A stretch of 63,943 nt of DNA, filler included, from Folioceros fuciformis (GCA_049999805.1; 5 parts of 5 records of this genome joined end to end with filler, not necessarily neighbours in it); one strand, 5' to 3'; numbered from the whole stretch's first letter, positions 1 to 13,597 are shown. Notes: a model not told the origin generated them from the letters alone. Numbers and translations: made by a program.

Positions 1-2150
1 ATATTCACCAAGCTTGCTTAGTATTTGTATTTGTGTTTAATCCTTTTCAATTAACAAAGTTTTTAAATAATATTAATATTAATATACAATTTCAAAAATA
101 ATTTAATTATTGATTAAAATTTATTTCATCTAATATGCAAGAAAGGAGCAAGAAAAATCAAAATTAGTAGTAATCATCAGTCATCTAGGTAAGTTTGAAA
201 AAAAGAAAAAAACCGTTCACACTATTGTATTAGAAGAATTTACTAAACTAAAAAATATATATAATAAATTTATTAGTTTTTCTTTGGAAATACATATGAT
301 AAATACTCTTTCTACAATAGATATAGAAAGTATATGGGCATATATCTCAGAAACACTAAAACACTTGTGTGAAGAAGGGATTAAAGTGCCGAAAGTATAT
401 GAGAAAGTAACTAGTGCCTTGATAAAGTGGACATTCCAAAACCAATCTCAACCTTTCATGACCAAAGCTGAGTTTACAAGCTTTTGTATGTCCACGTGTG
501 AAGAATTAACTAGCTTAGAGTGTGCTGACCAAGTCAACATTATAAAGGCTATTTCATCTTATCTACATGATAGTGGAAATATTTTTTATTTTAAAAAGTA
601 TAATATCAAAATAGTAAATCCAAATTGGATGACTGAGCACTTCTTAGGTCAACTTATACAAACACATAGTCCTTTACGCAAAGAAGCATGAATAAGGATT
701 TGTTAGACCATCCCATCTCGAACATAGAATTGAGTGGTGGAGACATGATTGGTGGTTATGTCGACGTACTCATCACATCAAAACAAAGTCCAAGTTTGGC
801 TAATGCATTTATGAAACATCACATCCTTGACAAGTTGAGAGCTTTTTGTGCTTCACCAAAAGGTTGCCCGGGAGTTACACTAGTGCAAGGCATCATAAAT
901 CTCTATTGTGTACGTAAGTTGATACCTTGTAATGATAGACATGGGCAAGCATGGTTTGAAAAGGATTATAGAGAGCGTCTTCTAGATGAAAAGCAAGCTT
1001 TGAAGTGCGGGAAAGGATACTTTACTATGCGCAACATATCGGATTGTGTTCATTATTGGCCTGAAATTCGTGGACATGGGCCACATTTGACATTCAATGT
1101 CATAGTAGACCTTTTGGACGTAGAAGACTTGAGCAGGATAAGTGTTGGAGAATGATAAGTTTCACAAGGATCAACGTCAAATGGTGGATGATCTTACATA
1201 TGGCAAGCAAAAAGGTGTGGGTGGAGACGATGGTTTGTTTATGACATCAAAAGAGACAAGTACAAGCTCCAAGTCAAAAGATCCTTTTGCAAGTGTGACT
1301 TCAACAAGTTCTCCTTTCGTAAGGTGTCATTTTGATCTTTTGGGTGCAACAAGATGGGAAAGCATGGAATGTGTGTTGAACAATATACATAAGGATGTGA
1401 AGAATATGCACAACGATGTGAAGAATATCAAGGACAACCAAGGCATGCATCATGAGGAGGCAATGAGACAACATATGGAGATAATGAGAAAATTAGATGG
1501 CAATAAAGAGAAGATGTTGAGGGCCATCAAGTTCATTGATGAGGAGCTAACAAAATTCAAAAGGGAAACTTTGGGCTTATTGGAGTCGCTCATGAGTGAC
1601 ATTATTGGGTATCATAGTTCCTCTACCTTACCTTGTCGTCCTTACATTTCTCGTGATAATTTATCTGTTGTAGAAATGCTAAAAGCTTTGGTTCAAGTTG
1701 GTGTGGCGGTTCGTCTATGCCTCATGTGTAAAGAGAGGGGCGGGAATCACGTCGTACAAGGACAGCCTGGTTATGCTATGGTTGTAGAGGAGAAAATTGT
1801 AAGTGGATTCGCAAGCTTTCGGTGAATGCTGCCAAGATGTTCTTTTGTTTAGTCAAAGCAGGGCTTCATGTGGCTGCTGGGATAGACATACCAAATGATA
1901 TGAAAGGACTTGCATTAGGAACAAAATCCATCTTGGCCAATAGTGAATGGGTGCTAATGCAAGCCATAGATAAGGATGATGGGGAAGTGGCCATGGATGG
2001 AGGGTTGAAAGAGTTTCTTGAGACCCTTCGATCTCAATGCCATGCTGAATGTGGAAGTTATCTGGGTTGACACAAGTGAGATACTTGGAAGACAAGAAAA
2101 CAGCATGACTTTGGAAGCATCTATGTGCACTATTGCAAGAATATACGCCT
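1..2150 (+). pseudogene. TORNADO1-like ROCO (ROC-COR) protein, C-terminal half, frameshifted and internally deleted
   Basis: ROC remnants Y*LKFISSN and KLVVIISHLGK before 200. COR-like AISSYLHDSGNIFYF..IVNPNW (284-691), FCASPKGCPGVTLVQGII (688-1155), a coiled coil, and LPCRPY..VRLCLMCKERGGNHVVQGQPG (1142-1825) resemble TRN1 C-terminal motifs. Split over four frames. Confidence 0.75.
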
Positions 2151-3039
2151 GTATGAATATAGGGGTTGGCAACTCCATATACAAATGAATATAAGTATAT
2201 GTAAGTATATATATAAAGTTTAGATAGTCTTAGGGATTGAAAAGATTCACATGTTGAAAGGCAAGATATCTTGGAGCACAACAATAACTGAGCACTTAAG
2301 AGTTTCCTAAAACCCCTAGGCACCTTATGATCTATAAATTTTGTAATCAAATTCAAAAGTGTTGGAGTATGTTAAAATAAAAATATTATTCTTTATTATT
2401 GAAAATATAAAAAAAATCTTAACCTACTCTAAAGATGAGGAGGATAACCCAAAGAGGGGGATAACCCAAAGAGGGCCAAAGGCGAAAAAGGTACTATCCC
2501 CTCAGAAATGTCATTCCCAAAGCTACCTCTCAAAATGTGGTGATTGTTCTAATAAAGTACATGTATCTTTCTCTCGGATGGAGATCAAACGGTTTAGAGT
2601 ATGTTCACCATTTAACATACTTATTAAGTCATGGCATGCCATGGACAAAATAAATGAATGACATACTACATATGTGTGTTACGCATGATTTTATTTACTA
2701 ATGCAAGTTTACATTCACGTTATTTTGCAAGCTCACAACTAAGTCTATGATCTTGATGTCTTCTTAAGATTACATACATATAGATTGTGAATCTAGCTAC
2801 CTCTATTGTTAGCTTCGAGAATGGCAAAGAGCAATGCCTTTCGAGAGGATATTGCTTAGTTTCTCTTCATAATCTTCCTAATTAATCTCTAGAATTGAGC
2901 TTTTTTAATTCAAAATGGAGCACAATCTTGGGAAAAACAAATTGGTGAGTGAAATCCATAACTAACCCAATGAAGCGAAGTGGAGTGAGACTTGGGAAGA
3001 TGCCAATCATGAAGCACCATCCAACACGATCCGTGAAGA

Positions 3040-3325
3040 AACTGTGCATGACAAACCACATAAAAGTGAAATAGATGAACAACCATGGAGTGTAACTCAT
3101 AAGAAGCTATTGTACCATACATACAACCATGTTCTATAGAACCTTATGTACAAATTAGAGGTGATCAATCATGGACTAGAACAAGTAAACAACCATGGAG
3201 TGATTCACACTAGACTGGTGTAAGTGAAGAGCCGCTGATCATGAACAACGATGGACTAGTAGAAGTGAAGAACCATGGACCGATGATCATGAACAACCAT
3301 GGACCAGTGCAAATGAATAACCATG
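3040..3325. repeat. Degenerate short direct repeats, core ATGAACAACCATGGA
   Basis: (G)AACAACCATGGA-like unit recurs about 6 times at irregular spacing. Confidence 0.55.
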
Positions 3326-3574
3326 CCTATAATAATTGATGAAGGTTCAAGTCTTCATAAATGAAGAATGTACAAATGGAAGTACAACCCTTGTGATGCA
3401 TGTTGGATTGGCGTGGCGGTGGTGCAATAGTGGACCTCATAGCGATGGCGTCTATGAGCCCCTCGAGGGCGGCTCAGTTGCAAACACATGGCAGAAGTGG
3501 TCACTGAGGGCAAGTACAGCAGTAATGCTAGTACCCGCAGGTGAAATGATGGCAATAGGTGGCAAGGGGATTCT

Positions 3575-4330
3575 ATGAAGAAAGCTGTAGTGGGGAGTGT
3601 GCCTCTACCCGTACGGACTCCCTTAGCTGACTTTTCATCGTACTCTAAGGGAAACGACATCCGGCAAGGGAAGGGATCCTCGTTTGGGAGCGGGGTTGAG
3701 AACTTACAGCTCGGGCCGCCTGCAAATATTTTCACTGAAGAGAAGTTCTTTGAACAAGAAGAAAAGCGTCTGTCCTGTAACTCTGTGGTGGGGCGACTTA
3801 GTTCAGGGAGCTCGCCATCGGTGTAGGAGCTTGAGGTGTGGGTTGAGGAAGTCACGGGTGGACCTCCTGCCTATGTCCTGAAGGAGGACAACTCCTTCCA
3901 AACAAAATGGGACGATGTGGGTGCGGCAAAAGCACTTTTGCAGACTTCCGTGCTTTTCAGGGAAGTGACTGCAGCGCTGGTGGAAACGTGGACGCCAGGT
4001 AACACCTTCAGACATTCGTGAATAAAGCAACATTTTCTTTGGGTTAGGCTTCCAGCCCTCCCAGTGCAGTTTGTGCCCTTACTCAGAAAAATCTTGGAAT
4101 CGGTGGGGAAAGTGGTGGTGCTCCCCAAGGTCGACTCTATGTTCTTTGATGTTTCCAAACCACCAAAGTTTGGAGTTCGAGTGGACAGTCGATCAGCTCT
4201 TCCAGCTGGAGTGATTATCAAGGATCCTGAAGATCCGTCTAAGTGTTTTATGCAGCTTATCGACTATCCAGATCTCCCACTCAGGTGCAGTTTGTGTGGC
4301 TTTCACACTCATTCAAAATAGCGGTGTCTC
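3575..4330 (+). pseudogene. LINE ORF1 N-terminal region (DUF4283-like plus CCHC zinc knuckle)
   Basis: One frame with in-frame stops: VVGRL..ETWTP..FLWVRLPALP..GKVV..IDYPDLPLRCSLCGFHTHSK*RC. Confidence 0.85.
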
Positions 4331-6081
4331 TTACGAACGGGTGCCGGAGGGAAACAGGAGGAGTCAAATTCACTGCAATAGGGACCTTTGCCTAGATTTC
4401 ACGGTGTCCCAAAAGCAAGGTGGAAACAAAACTCTGAGTCTCATCATTGGGCAAGCAAGATACAGGGTTCTTTATTCCCCGACCTCACCAGCACCTTAGT
4501 TTTCAAGTCAAAGTGTGTTTGATAATGAGGAAGGTCATAGGTCAGGCCAGGTACTAATGGTTGCCAAGGAACAGCAAGCTTCGAGCTCTTTCGACACGGC
4601 CTTTAACCTCGGACGCCTCCACTGGAGACGACCTAGCTTCACTGTGAAAGGCAGCTAAGGGTAAATTCAAAGGGATTCTAAAGAACAGATTAGCCATGGA
4701 CGAGCAGGCGATTACTTCTTGCATTAGTGTGGCTCGGCAAAGCATCATATGCCACAGATATGATGAACACTTATCCTTTGTGTATGTGAATGCGTTTGTG
4801 GAAGTGGGAGAAGACTGCAGGGTCCCAGAAGCCAACCTAGCACAATGGATCACGGAAACTCAGGCAAAGACCCAGATCAGAGACACAAAATTTGGGAGAG
4901 GGAAGGGGACTCTAGCCACTCGAGTGATTTTCAAGGCCCACCTGGATGTGCTAGGGTGGCTTACCTCCCCGATCAGCATCTCCATACCCGGCTCTTGGGA
5001 CCTTAAGTGGCAGGACTTAATGGATTGGGACACACGTAGTCCGGTGAATGAGAACGAGAGGGGGGAGAAGGCAACATCCTTGTGCATCATTGCGCAGGAA
5101 AAGGAAGCTCCCAAAGTGGGGGGGACAAATACCTCGGACCTTCTACAGGAGAAATGGCAGGTCATGGAGAAGAGAGGAAGAAGTGGCTCCCAGCAGCCAA
5201 TCTTTCATAGTATCTCCCGCTATGGAGCACCTTTCATCTACAACACCGTCAGAGCTGCAAAGGCGAGTAAACGATGCCGAGGCAACACATCCTGAGCGGG
5301 CTGCGACTTTGATCAAAAGCGAGAAGGGTGAATTAGTCTGAAGCACGGTGAGGGGAAGGAGTTTCTTCCACCTACGCCTCTGGATGCATCAGGAAGGGAC
5401 GGCATACTTCCCTTTAGACTTTTTGCCCCAAGCCTAGGGACCAACGCAGAAGGCAATGATGGAGAGCCATCAGGGACGATACAACTGTCTCCGTCAAGCA
5501 CCTTCACACAAACGGGGGCCTCAGCTGCGGAGGAGGAACCTCATCCCCTTGGTCTACCGACAGATTGTGATGGTCTCAAGCAGGCGACAAGTGCTGCACG
5601 GATGTTAGATGCTGGTGGGCTTTGTTTCTCCTGACCAACCAGGGGCTCGTGCAAAATTTCTTCCTCCCCCCAAAATCCATGGGCGAGGACAACACACCCT
5701 CCCAAGCCCAGCAGCCAGGGGCCGAGGGTCGAGGTGCGGGCACTCCGGCTGAAGGGGAGTCCATTCCGTCTGTCCAAGCCAAGCTTTCCAACAGTCGTAG
5801 AACGAAACATCAGGCCTTAGGGGACAATTGGGATCGGGATATGATGGCCGCAATGCAAGTAGCGGGACTCTCAAACTACGAAGGCAGTTTCTTGCACTGA
5901 GACGATGCAACTAAGATCAGAGAGGGAACTCATGCAAGGGAGAGACATTGGTGCAAGGGAGAGACATTGGTGCAAGGGAGAGACCAAGCATGTTGACCAG
6001 ATATCCTCAAAGATCGAACAAGCAACTGGTCACGTGTTCTCAGACCCAATGTGAGGTTGGGTCTGTGCAGACCCAACCTCA

Positions 6082-6573
6082 TGCTTGGTCTTCGCAAGCG
6101 ATACCTCCTGACACACAATTAGCCCTATCCTTGCCTTTCCTCGGATCACAGGAACTGAGGGTAAGTGCCACGTCTGGAGGCACGTCCTTGCTAGAAAACT
6201 GCCTGATTTGCACGTCCTTACTAGAAAACTGCCTGATTTGCGAGTCCTTGCAGAAAATACCCATCACATGCCTGATTTGCGAGTCCTTGCAGCTCATACC
6301 CATCACATGAGGTCGCGTGATCGAACAAGCAACTGGTCACGTGTTCTCATGGCGACCTCATGTGATGGGTATGAGCTACAAGGACTCACAAATCAGGCAG
6401 TTTTCTAACAAGGACGTGCCTCCAAAGGTGGCACTTACCCTCAGTTCCTGTGATCCGAGGAAAGGCAAGGATAGAGGGTAAGGCAAGGATAGAGGGTAAG
6501 TTCCTGTGATCCGAGGAAAGGCAAGGATAGGGCTAATTGTGTGTCAGGAGGCATCGCTTGCGAAGACCAAGCA
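6082..6573. repeat. Inverted duplication (foldback) with internal micro-duplications inside the LINE
   Basis: 6082-6312 is the reverse complement of 6356-6573, apart from small tandem duplications in each arm. Confidence 0.85.
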
Positions 6574-9067
6574 ACCTCAAATCCTGATTCTGATGTTGTC
6601 TCGCCCACGATAATCCGTCCCTATGGCCACTTGGACCAGATTTACTCTCTGTCTCCAGCTTGCGAAGAGGAACAGTATACACGCCCTTCAGTAGACCACC
6701 TCACAACCGGCCAGGAAGCCCTGTGCGTGGTAACGGAGGACAACTTGCACGCCAATCAGGTAGGTGTCTGGAATCCGCCTCGACAGAACTAGGAGGATAG
6801 ACAATCGGAGGCGAGAACCCAGCTGGATGAGCTAGCGCGATCAGGAGTCAATGGAATTAGCAAGTCAGATCCAGAGCCACGAGGGATCGGCCACATGCTT
6901 GGGGGTGCATCGGAGACAGGCTTTGCCAAAGACAGCAAGGAGCACGGAATCGATACGGCGTGTACGATGGCACTAAGTGACAGGACCCAGGTTCACACTC
7001 TGCCTCCATTTCACTGCCAAGAGGGGGATCACTCGGATCCTACTCCCATTTCAGCGACAACTCTTGGCACCTTGGAAAACCACACCAAGGTTCATCTCCC
7101 AGATAAAAGCCCCCACCTTTCGGCGTAAATACCTCAGATGCTTTACGCTTTCTCGATTCCAGCACCAGCTCCTGCTCAAGCCTGCCTTAGTCCCGGGATA
7201 GGGGCAACGTAAACCCATCGAAGGAAATCTTTCTCCGAGCAGTGTTGCACTGGCCAATGCTCACCAAGAAACTTTGGACTCACACATCAAGGGGAAGGAA
7301 AAGCATCCCTTGGATGACGAGTGTGATGCAAAAGCGAGTCCTTCTCCCCTAATTCTACAATCAAGCTACCCATCCTTCACAGAAGACTTTAACATGCAGC
7401 AAAGTCTTGTTGGCCTCATAAGGGTGGAAGAGCAGGTAGATGTGGAAGCTTCCCCCACGGAAAAAGTTTCAACACCCTCTCTAGCAGCCGATGAGCAAGC
7501 CTGAATCTCGATGGGCACTTCCCACGAGGGTGCACAAACTTCTCCAGAGCAGTTCCTTCATATATCAGGCTCTTTGGTACCACTTGCCCTCGAAGATGTT
7601 AGTGGCAGGTCCGTGTCTGAGACACGAGGAATTTATTTAGCCACACCTAGGGGACAGCAAGCAGCCGTGTTTAAAGGAAAACGTGCTCGCAACCCCGAGA
7701 CGCACTCTTCCCTTGCCAAGAGACGATCATATTGACGTTGCTCAGGCTAGGAGAGCACTGAACAAAAGTGTTCAACGCATGACCCCTCAGGCGGATATCA
7801 GCTAGAATTCCCTATAACCCCGGAATGGTGGTGGGTGTCTGATGCCCCCTGGGCAAGAAATTTCGGACAAACTCTTGTCAACGATGAGATGAAGATGGTT
7901 AGTCCTGGTGCTGACCGGCAGGCAAACCTCGTCCCAGTGAAAAGGAAGTCGGAGCGAATTCTCGAAGCGGCGCAAAAACAAAAGGTTGATGACACAGCAG
8001 GTCCAATTCGAGGTGCTACTCACTCACGCTCATCCTCGCATACAGGTTCGAGCAGGAGTCTCTTGGACAGGTCTAGTTAAATGCCCGTAGATCACGTAAG
8101 AAACTATGTGCGCGGCCCACATCTACGAATCCTCTCGTGGAATGTGAGAGGGCTCGGGGGCTGGTCAGAAATGGCCTCCAAATGCAGACGACTCACCCAC
8201 CTCCTTCAAGATGACGTTTCTTGGGATGTGCTTTGTCTACAGGAACATAAATTGTTGGCTAATCAGGTTCAGAGAGTGAAGAAAAATTTCCTCCCAGGCA
8301 GAACGTTGTGGGTTCCGGCCAGACCTGCACCTGAAGAAGGTTCCCTATCCATTGTCAACCGAGAGTTGGCAACCAGATGGGGAGTTTCCATTACGGTGCC
8401 TCCGGACTTCACTCACAAAATTTTGGAAGCGGGACAAGATGAAGAGGGACGGTTTGCATGGGTTGTACTCCTTGCTCCGCAAGGTCCGCTGGGAATATGT
8501 AACCTTTACGCGCCAAATGCAGCCAGGGAAAGAAGCAAATTGTGGGAAAGACTGGGTCGGCATTTGGATGAACAGGTGCCATAGGACCTCACTGGTGATT
8601 CCAACTTTGTAGAACGACGGGAAGATGTCCGAGGGGATAGCACTCGGGACGTACGAATGGTCCCCCTATCTTGGCAAGAACTAAGGGACACCATACTCAA
8701 CGTTCAAGACCCTTGGCTATCTCTACCTGTTCATCGATCCCCCCATTCTTTACTGTACAGCTGGTCTAACCAACAGCAGAGGAATTTGGCGGCGAGAAGA
8801 TTGGACAGATTTTACGTACACTCCAGTTGGTTGCCATACGTGCAAGAATATGGGATTCTAGCAGGAACTATCCTCTCGGATCATCATCCTGTGAGTTTGT
8901 TCATGACCTTTGACCTTTCGGATGAATACCTCTATTCTTGCTCAGGAGGGTGTATACATTTGTGGCAAGTGGCTGAACCGGGGCAGAGTCAGCGAGTCAG
9001 AGGCTAATGGATGCCAACTCGGAGGCCACTCATTTCCCAAAGGGGGTACGAAAGCAGAGCAGTGACA

Positions 9068-9290
9068 GCACGAGGATTTTCTACGAGATGAATTGAAGTA
9101 CTTACAATGCTTGAGTGAAGAGCGAGAACTAACCTCGATGGAAGTGCACGAGGATTTTCTAATTGAAGTACTTACAATGCTTGAGTGAAGAGCGAGAACT
9201 TACCTCCGTGGAAGTGCACGACGATTTTCTAGGAGATGAATTGAAGTACTTACAATGCTTGAGTGAAGAGTGAGAACCGACCTGTGTGGA
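9068..9290. repeat. Triplicated segment within LINE ORF2
   Basis: GCACGAGGATTTTCTA..AATTGAAGTACTTACAATGCTTGAGTGAAGAG occurs 3 times. Confidence 0.8.
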
Positions 9291-9843
9291 AATGCAGCGA
9301 AATATGGAGATCCAGTGCTCCATAGCAAAACTGCAAGAAGATAGGGCCAGGGGCGGGTTTCATAGAGCCAAGGTCAAAGTGGGTCAAAGAAGGGGATTGC
9401 CCATCTAAGTTCTTTTTTGACAAGGTGGCTGCCAATCGACACAGAGCAAGGANNNNNNNNNNNNNNNNNNNNNNNNNNNNNNNNNNNNNNNNNNNNNNNN
9501 NNNNNNNNNNNNNNNNNNNNNNNNNNNNNNNNNNNNNNNNNNNNNNNNNNNNGAGCAAGGATTCCTGCTCTCCACGACGCCCAAGGCATCCTTCACGACT
9601 CCTTGGCAAGTTTGAAGAAGTTGATTGTTTGTTTCTATGTTGGTATCTTTACTAGTTTGGGTAAGGGCGTAGGTTGAGAATCACTCTGGGCCTCTACGTA
9701 TGGCCGGTTTACAGCAAAGGTTTCTAGGGACCAAAGAGTGTTACTGGACGCCCCAATTACAGCCATTGAAGTCCTCCAAGCAATCAAGGACATACCGCGA
9801 CATAAATCTCCAAGCCATGATGGTATTCCTCCCGAATTTTTGC

Positions 9844-9982
9844 TATGGGGTTGGGAGTTTATGGGGCCACTATTTATGGAGGCCCTAGAAGCAATCTGGG
9901 AAGAAGGTAGTATGGGGTTGGGAGTTTATGGGGCCACTATTTATGGAGGCCCTAGAAGCAATCTGGGAAGAAGGTAGTATGG
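9844..9982. repeat. Perfect 67-bp tandem duplication in LINE RT
   Basis: TATGGGGTTGGGAGTTT...GAAGAAGGTAG at 9844 and 9911. Confidence 0.9.
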
Positions 9983-12977
9983 AGCTAGTTCAACATGGGG
10001 GTTATCACCTTGCTACCGAAGCAAGATGCCAGTGTCTCCATCTCCAGTTGGTGTTCGATCACTTTACTAACTAGCACCTATAAGGTGACAAGGTGCAAAG
10101 GTCTTGGCTAATCGACTCAAACCTCTCTTGGACGAGTGGATCAAGCGAGAGCAAAGGGAATCATCCAAAACAGGTGCATCCTTGACAACTTGCTCCTCTT
10201 GCGTGACGTGAAGCATGATGCATTGAAGCAAAATGATGGATTCATCTCCCTAGACTTCTTCAAGGCCTACGACTTGGTGGAATGGCATTTTCTTTGGCGT
10301 TGTCTCCGCAACTTCGGGTTGGACAATAATTTCTATCGCTGGGTTAACATCCTATGCGAGAAGGTTGGAGCCAAGGTTGCAGTTAATGGTTCGTTTACGC
10401 AGTGCTTTCAGATCACTCGCTCTGTCAGGCATGGCTGCCCTCTTGCTCCCTCCTTGTTTATTATTGTGGCTGATTTCTTCCATAGGGTTGTTAAACAAGA
10501 TCCACACATTGAAGGCATCTAGGCTCCAGATGGCTCACAACTACGCATCTCGGCCTTTGTGGATGACACAATGCTTTTCTCCTTTGCTTCAGAATCCTCC
10601 TTGCATGCTTTGATGGATCACGTTCAAATATTTGGTCATCTTTCAGGATGCAAGGTCAATTGGGGAAAGACACGTATGATATGTTTAAATATGGGGAGTG
10701 AGATACCTCATTGTATTAGTCACATTACTCAAGTTCGCCAAGGTTCTTCCCACAAATATCAGGGTCTACCTTTTCAGGATATTGAGGAAAATGGGGAGAT
10801 TGGTGAATTCGTGCTTCGACGGTTCATTCAAAAAGCTGCAGGTCTATGCCTAATTAAGCTTAACCTTGCAGGTAGATTGGTTGTGTTAAACCACATTCTG
10901 ATTGCCTCCTTGTGGTACCATGTCTTCTTGTGGGCTCCCTCCAAGGTGGAATATAAACGTTTGCAGTAGGTCTTGTCCATTTCTTGTGGAATCGAGGTGG
11001 GGAGGGATCTGGTGCATTGCGAAAAGTTGCATGGCACCACATGACCCAGCCTCGGTGGATGGGGGGATTAGGGCTTGTGGGCCCAATGAGCAAGGCTAAG
11101 ACCTTATATGTGCAATGGGTAGTCAGAGCTGTTGACCTGTCTCCATACACATGGAAGGGTTACCTTACTCAACATTTGGAACACAAAAAAGCTGTTCCAC
11201 AAGGGTGAAGAAGCGTGGACAACATCTTAGTGGATAAGCCTATACTGAATACGAGTGACTGCTCCCCGCTCTTCAAGGCAATCTAGTTTAGCTTTCTGGA
11301 GGTAAAGCATCTCCTTCACATTGCTCAACCACTTTGCTCGGATAACGTGCTTGAGCTTCCCCTTCAAGGTTTTCAGAAGTTATGGAGCCAACAATATATC
11401 TCGCGGGTATATAGGTCTCAAATTTTCAGCAAGGTTGGTAGACACAGTATGTCACACTTGGGTCACCTGTGGAGTAGGACAAAGAAAGCTTGGAAGGAGA
11501 TGGAAGTGCTTAAAGCAGAGTTTGCTCTTCCTATGCGACATCTAAGGATCATTTTAGGTAGCTGCAAAATGACATGTCTAAAAGTAGCAAGCAGGCGCTA
11601 CATGTGCAACCGGAGGTGGGAACGGACGCATGGGGAGCCTATTCAATGGAAGGCAGGGAAGAAGAGGAGGATTTGGAGGGGGAGTTGGTCCTACCGGAGC
11701 TTGATCGGGCAATATACATCTCCAAGCTAGGCCAACTTCTAGTTGTTCTGTCCTATAGAGTAACCTCTCCTTGTGGGCTTCTACAAGAGCAGGGAAGAGA
11801 GGAGGGAGAGATTGGTAATGGGGCCTTACGCCCAATCACTGTATTGGCCCGTTCAAAGCGAGCGGAAAGGTGGCTCACCTCAGCTGAGATCCCAAGGCAC
11901 CAACACTTTACAACCGCATCGAGGAGGTTGTGTTGGTTCTGCTTGGCAAAGAATTGGGAACTCACCATGTGGCCGGACCTCTTTCGGTGGGCCAATCGTC
12001 CAGGGGCCAACAGAGAGAGCTCGCACTCCCTCTTTTAACGTGTGCACTGCAGATCTTTATCATTGGCTAATCAGGAAGCAAAGGAGTAATAAACGTGACC
12101 CAATGGCCCCGAGGATGAGGTTGCCCATTCTATGCCAACGTGGGGCCATCAAACTCCTATGGACGTCAATTGGCATCCCTCCTAAGGTCAGGCTACTGAT
12201 AGGGTGCTTGTTTCAAGCTTCCTTGTCCACGGCAAATAGGTGGGATGGATTGCTGGTTGCCGTAGGGGAGGAAGCATGCAGGATGTGTGCCATTGGTGCT
12301 CCAAACAAAAGCCAACATCTGTTCTAGCGATGTGCTTTTGCCCAAGCAGTTTGGGGGGTAAGTTAGCAATTGGTTGCAATGGCTTTTTCCAGCAGTTAAT
12401 GTTGCCATTATGGAACAGACAACGCTTTTTGGCTCAGGGAATCATTCGGTAAGCCGCTATTACAATTTCAATGGTGGGGCCTACTATGGAGCTCATGTCT
12501 CTCTGGATTATAGTTCAACTTGACGACAGTGGTCTACGGCGGGCAACAACCACTATCGTGTAAATCCCTACTATGGAAGATATGGGGGCAAGTGTTAATT
12601 GCCGCAGAAGGCATAAGGTTAACATCCCCGAGAAAATTCAAGTGTAGAGAATGGTATCGAGGGGGCTTTCTACGTACAGGGAGTGAGATGAGGTGGAACC
12701 ACTCATGCCCTTGGAGAGGGTAATGTGGGCTTGGCGGCTCGGACCTCAACTTAAATGTCCCTACATACTGTTCAACTCCTCTCGATTGGCGACCCGAGGG
12801 AACTAGGCAAATATATCTGACTAGCATTTGCTCTCTATCGGGCACTTGCCCCTTCCTTTTTACTTAGGATCTTGTATCCTTACAAACAGTGTAAGTTGCC
12901 ATAATCCAATTTTTCTCCACGAAAAATAAAGTACAAATGGACAGCCATGGTTTCAAAGCTATAAAAAAACAAGTATC

Positions 12978-13227
12978 TAATGGAAGATAGTGTATTGAAT
13001 CATTGCTTAGGGTTTCGTTTCATATGTAGCTAGTGTGAATAGGGATATGGTTTTCATTTTAGCTACTTGTCGCTTCGCTAGGGTTGTGTCTCTAGCTAAA
13101 GGTCATGTCCTTTCAACAGCTAGTTTAAGTCTAGTTGGTTTCTTAATTAACTTACTTCTTCTTGATAATAAATAATGATGTAATTACTTAAATGTAATTG
13201 ATTTACACCTTCTTATTAATTTTGTCA
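12978..13227 (+). repeat. 5' LTR of copia A (250 bp, TA...CA)
   Basis: Start and end match the sequenced ends of the 3' LTR. Confidence 0.93.
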
Positions 13228-13241
13228 TGGTATCAGAGCCA
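13228..13241 (+). promoter_or_regulatory. PBS, tRNA-iMet
   Basis: TGGTATCAGAGCCA directly after the LTR-terminal CA. Confidence 0.95.
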
Positions 13242-13597
13242 TGTTAGGTGTAAGTTGCATTCTCAGGAATGCACATTAAAATTGTGCACATTCTGATGTG
13301 CATAAATCTATGGTTTATGTTTGCTTTCTTTATTAGAAAATGGTTTCTAATAAGAAAATACATAGGCTTTTCAAGAAACCGTTTTATACTTTTCTTTCTT
13401 GATTCGTGTTTATAATTAGTGTCTTTTCTTGAAGATGTGTTTGATGTTTCTGTTGTTACATTGCTTCAATGCAATTTAATACCAGTTGCATTAGAACATT
13501 TGATAGAAATGCTCACAATTTATACACAAAGTCAAGATGTGAATTATAAAATGTTTTTTTTGAAAACTATGTAAATACAAAACTTCTGGCCAAATGA

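Larger units (their letters stand above)
8081..12720 (+). pseudogene. LINE ORF2 (APE endonuclease, reverse transcriptase, zf-RVT)
   Basis: ILSWNVRGL, LQEHK, NLYAPN, RLDRFY, SDHHPV; KSP.HDGIPPEF, SLDFFKAYD.VEW.FL, SVRHGCPLAP, FVDDT; CRMC..HLF. Many stops and frameshifts. Confidence 0.92.
3575..12930 (+). mobile_element. L1-clade LINE, near full length, degenerate
   Basis: ORF1 remnants, then ORF2 with endonuclease, RT and zf-RVT. A-rich end (GAAAAATAAA) near 12921-12930. Boundaries approximate; no TSD identified. Confidence 0.9.

Noticed and set aside
3040-3325. Spaced short repeats resembling a CRISPR array
   Set aside because: Repeats are short and degenerate, spacers are irregular and repeat-derived, there are no cas genes, and the context is eukaryotic.
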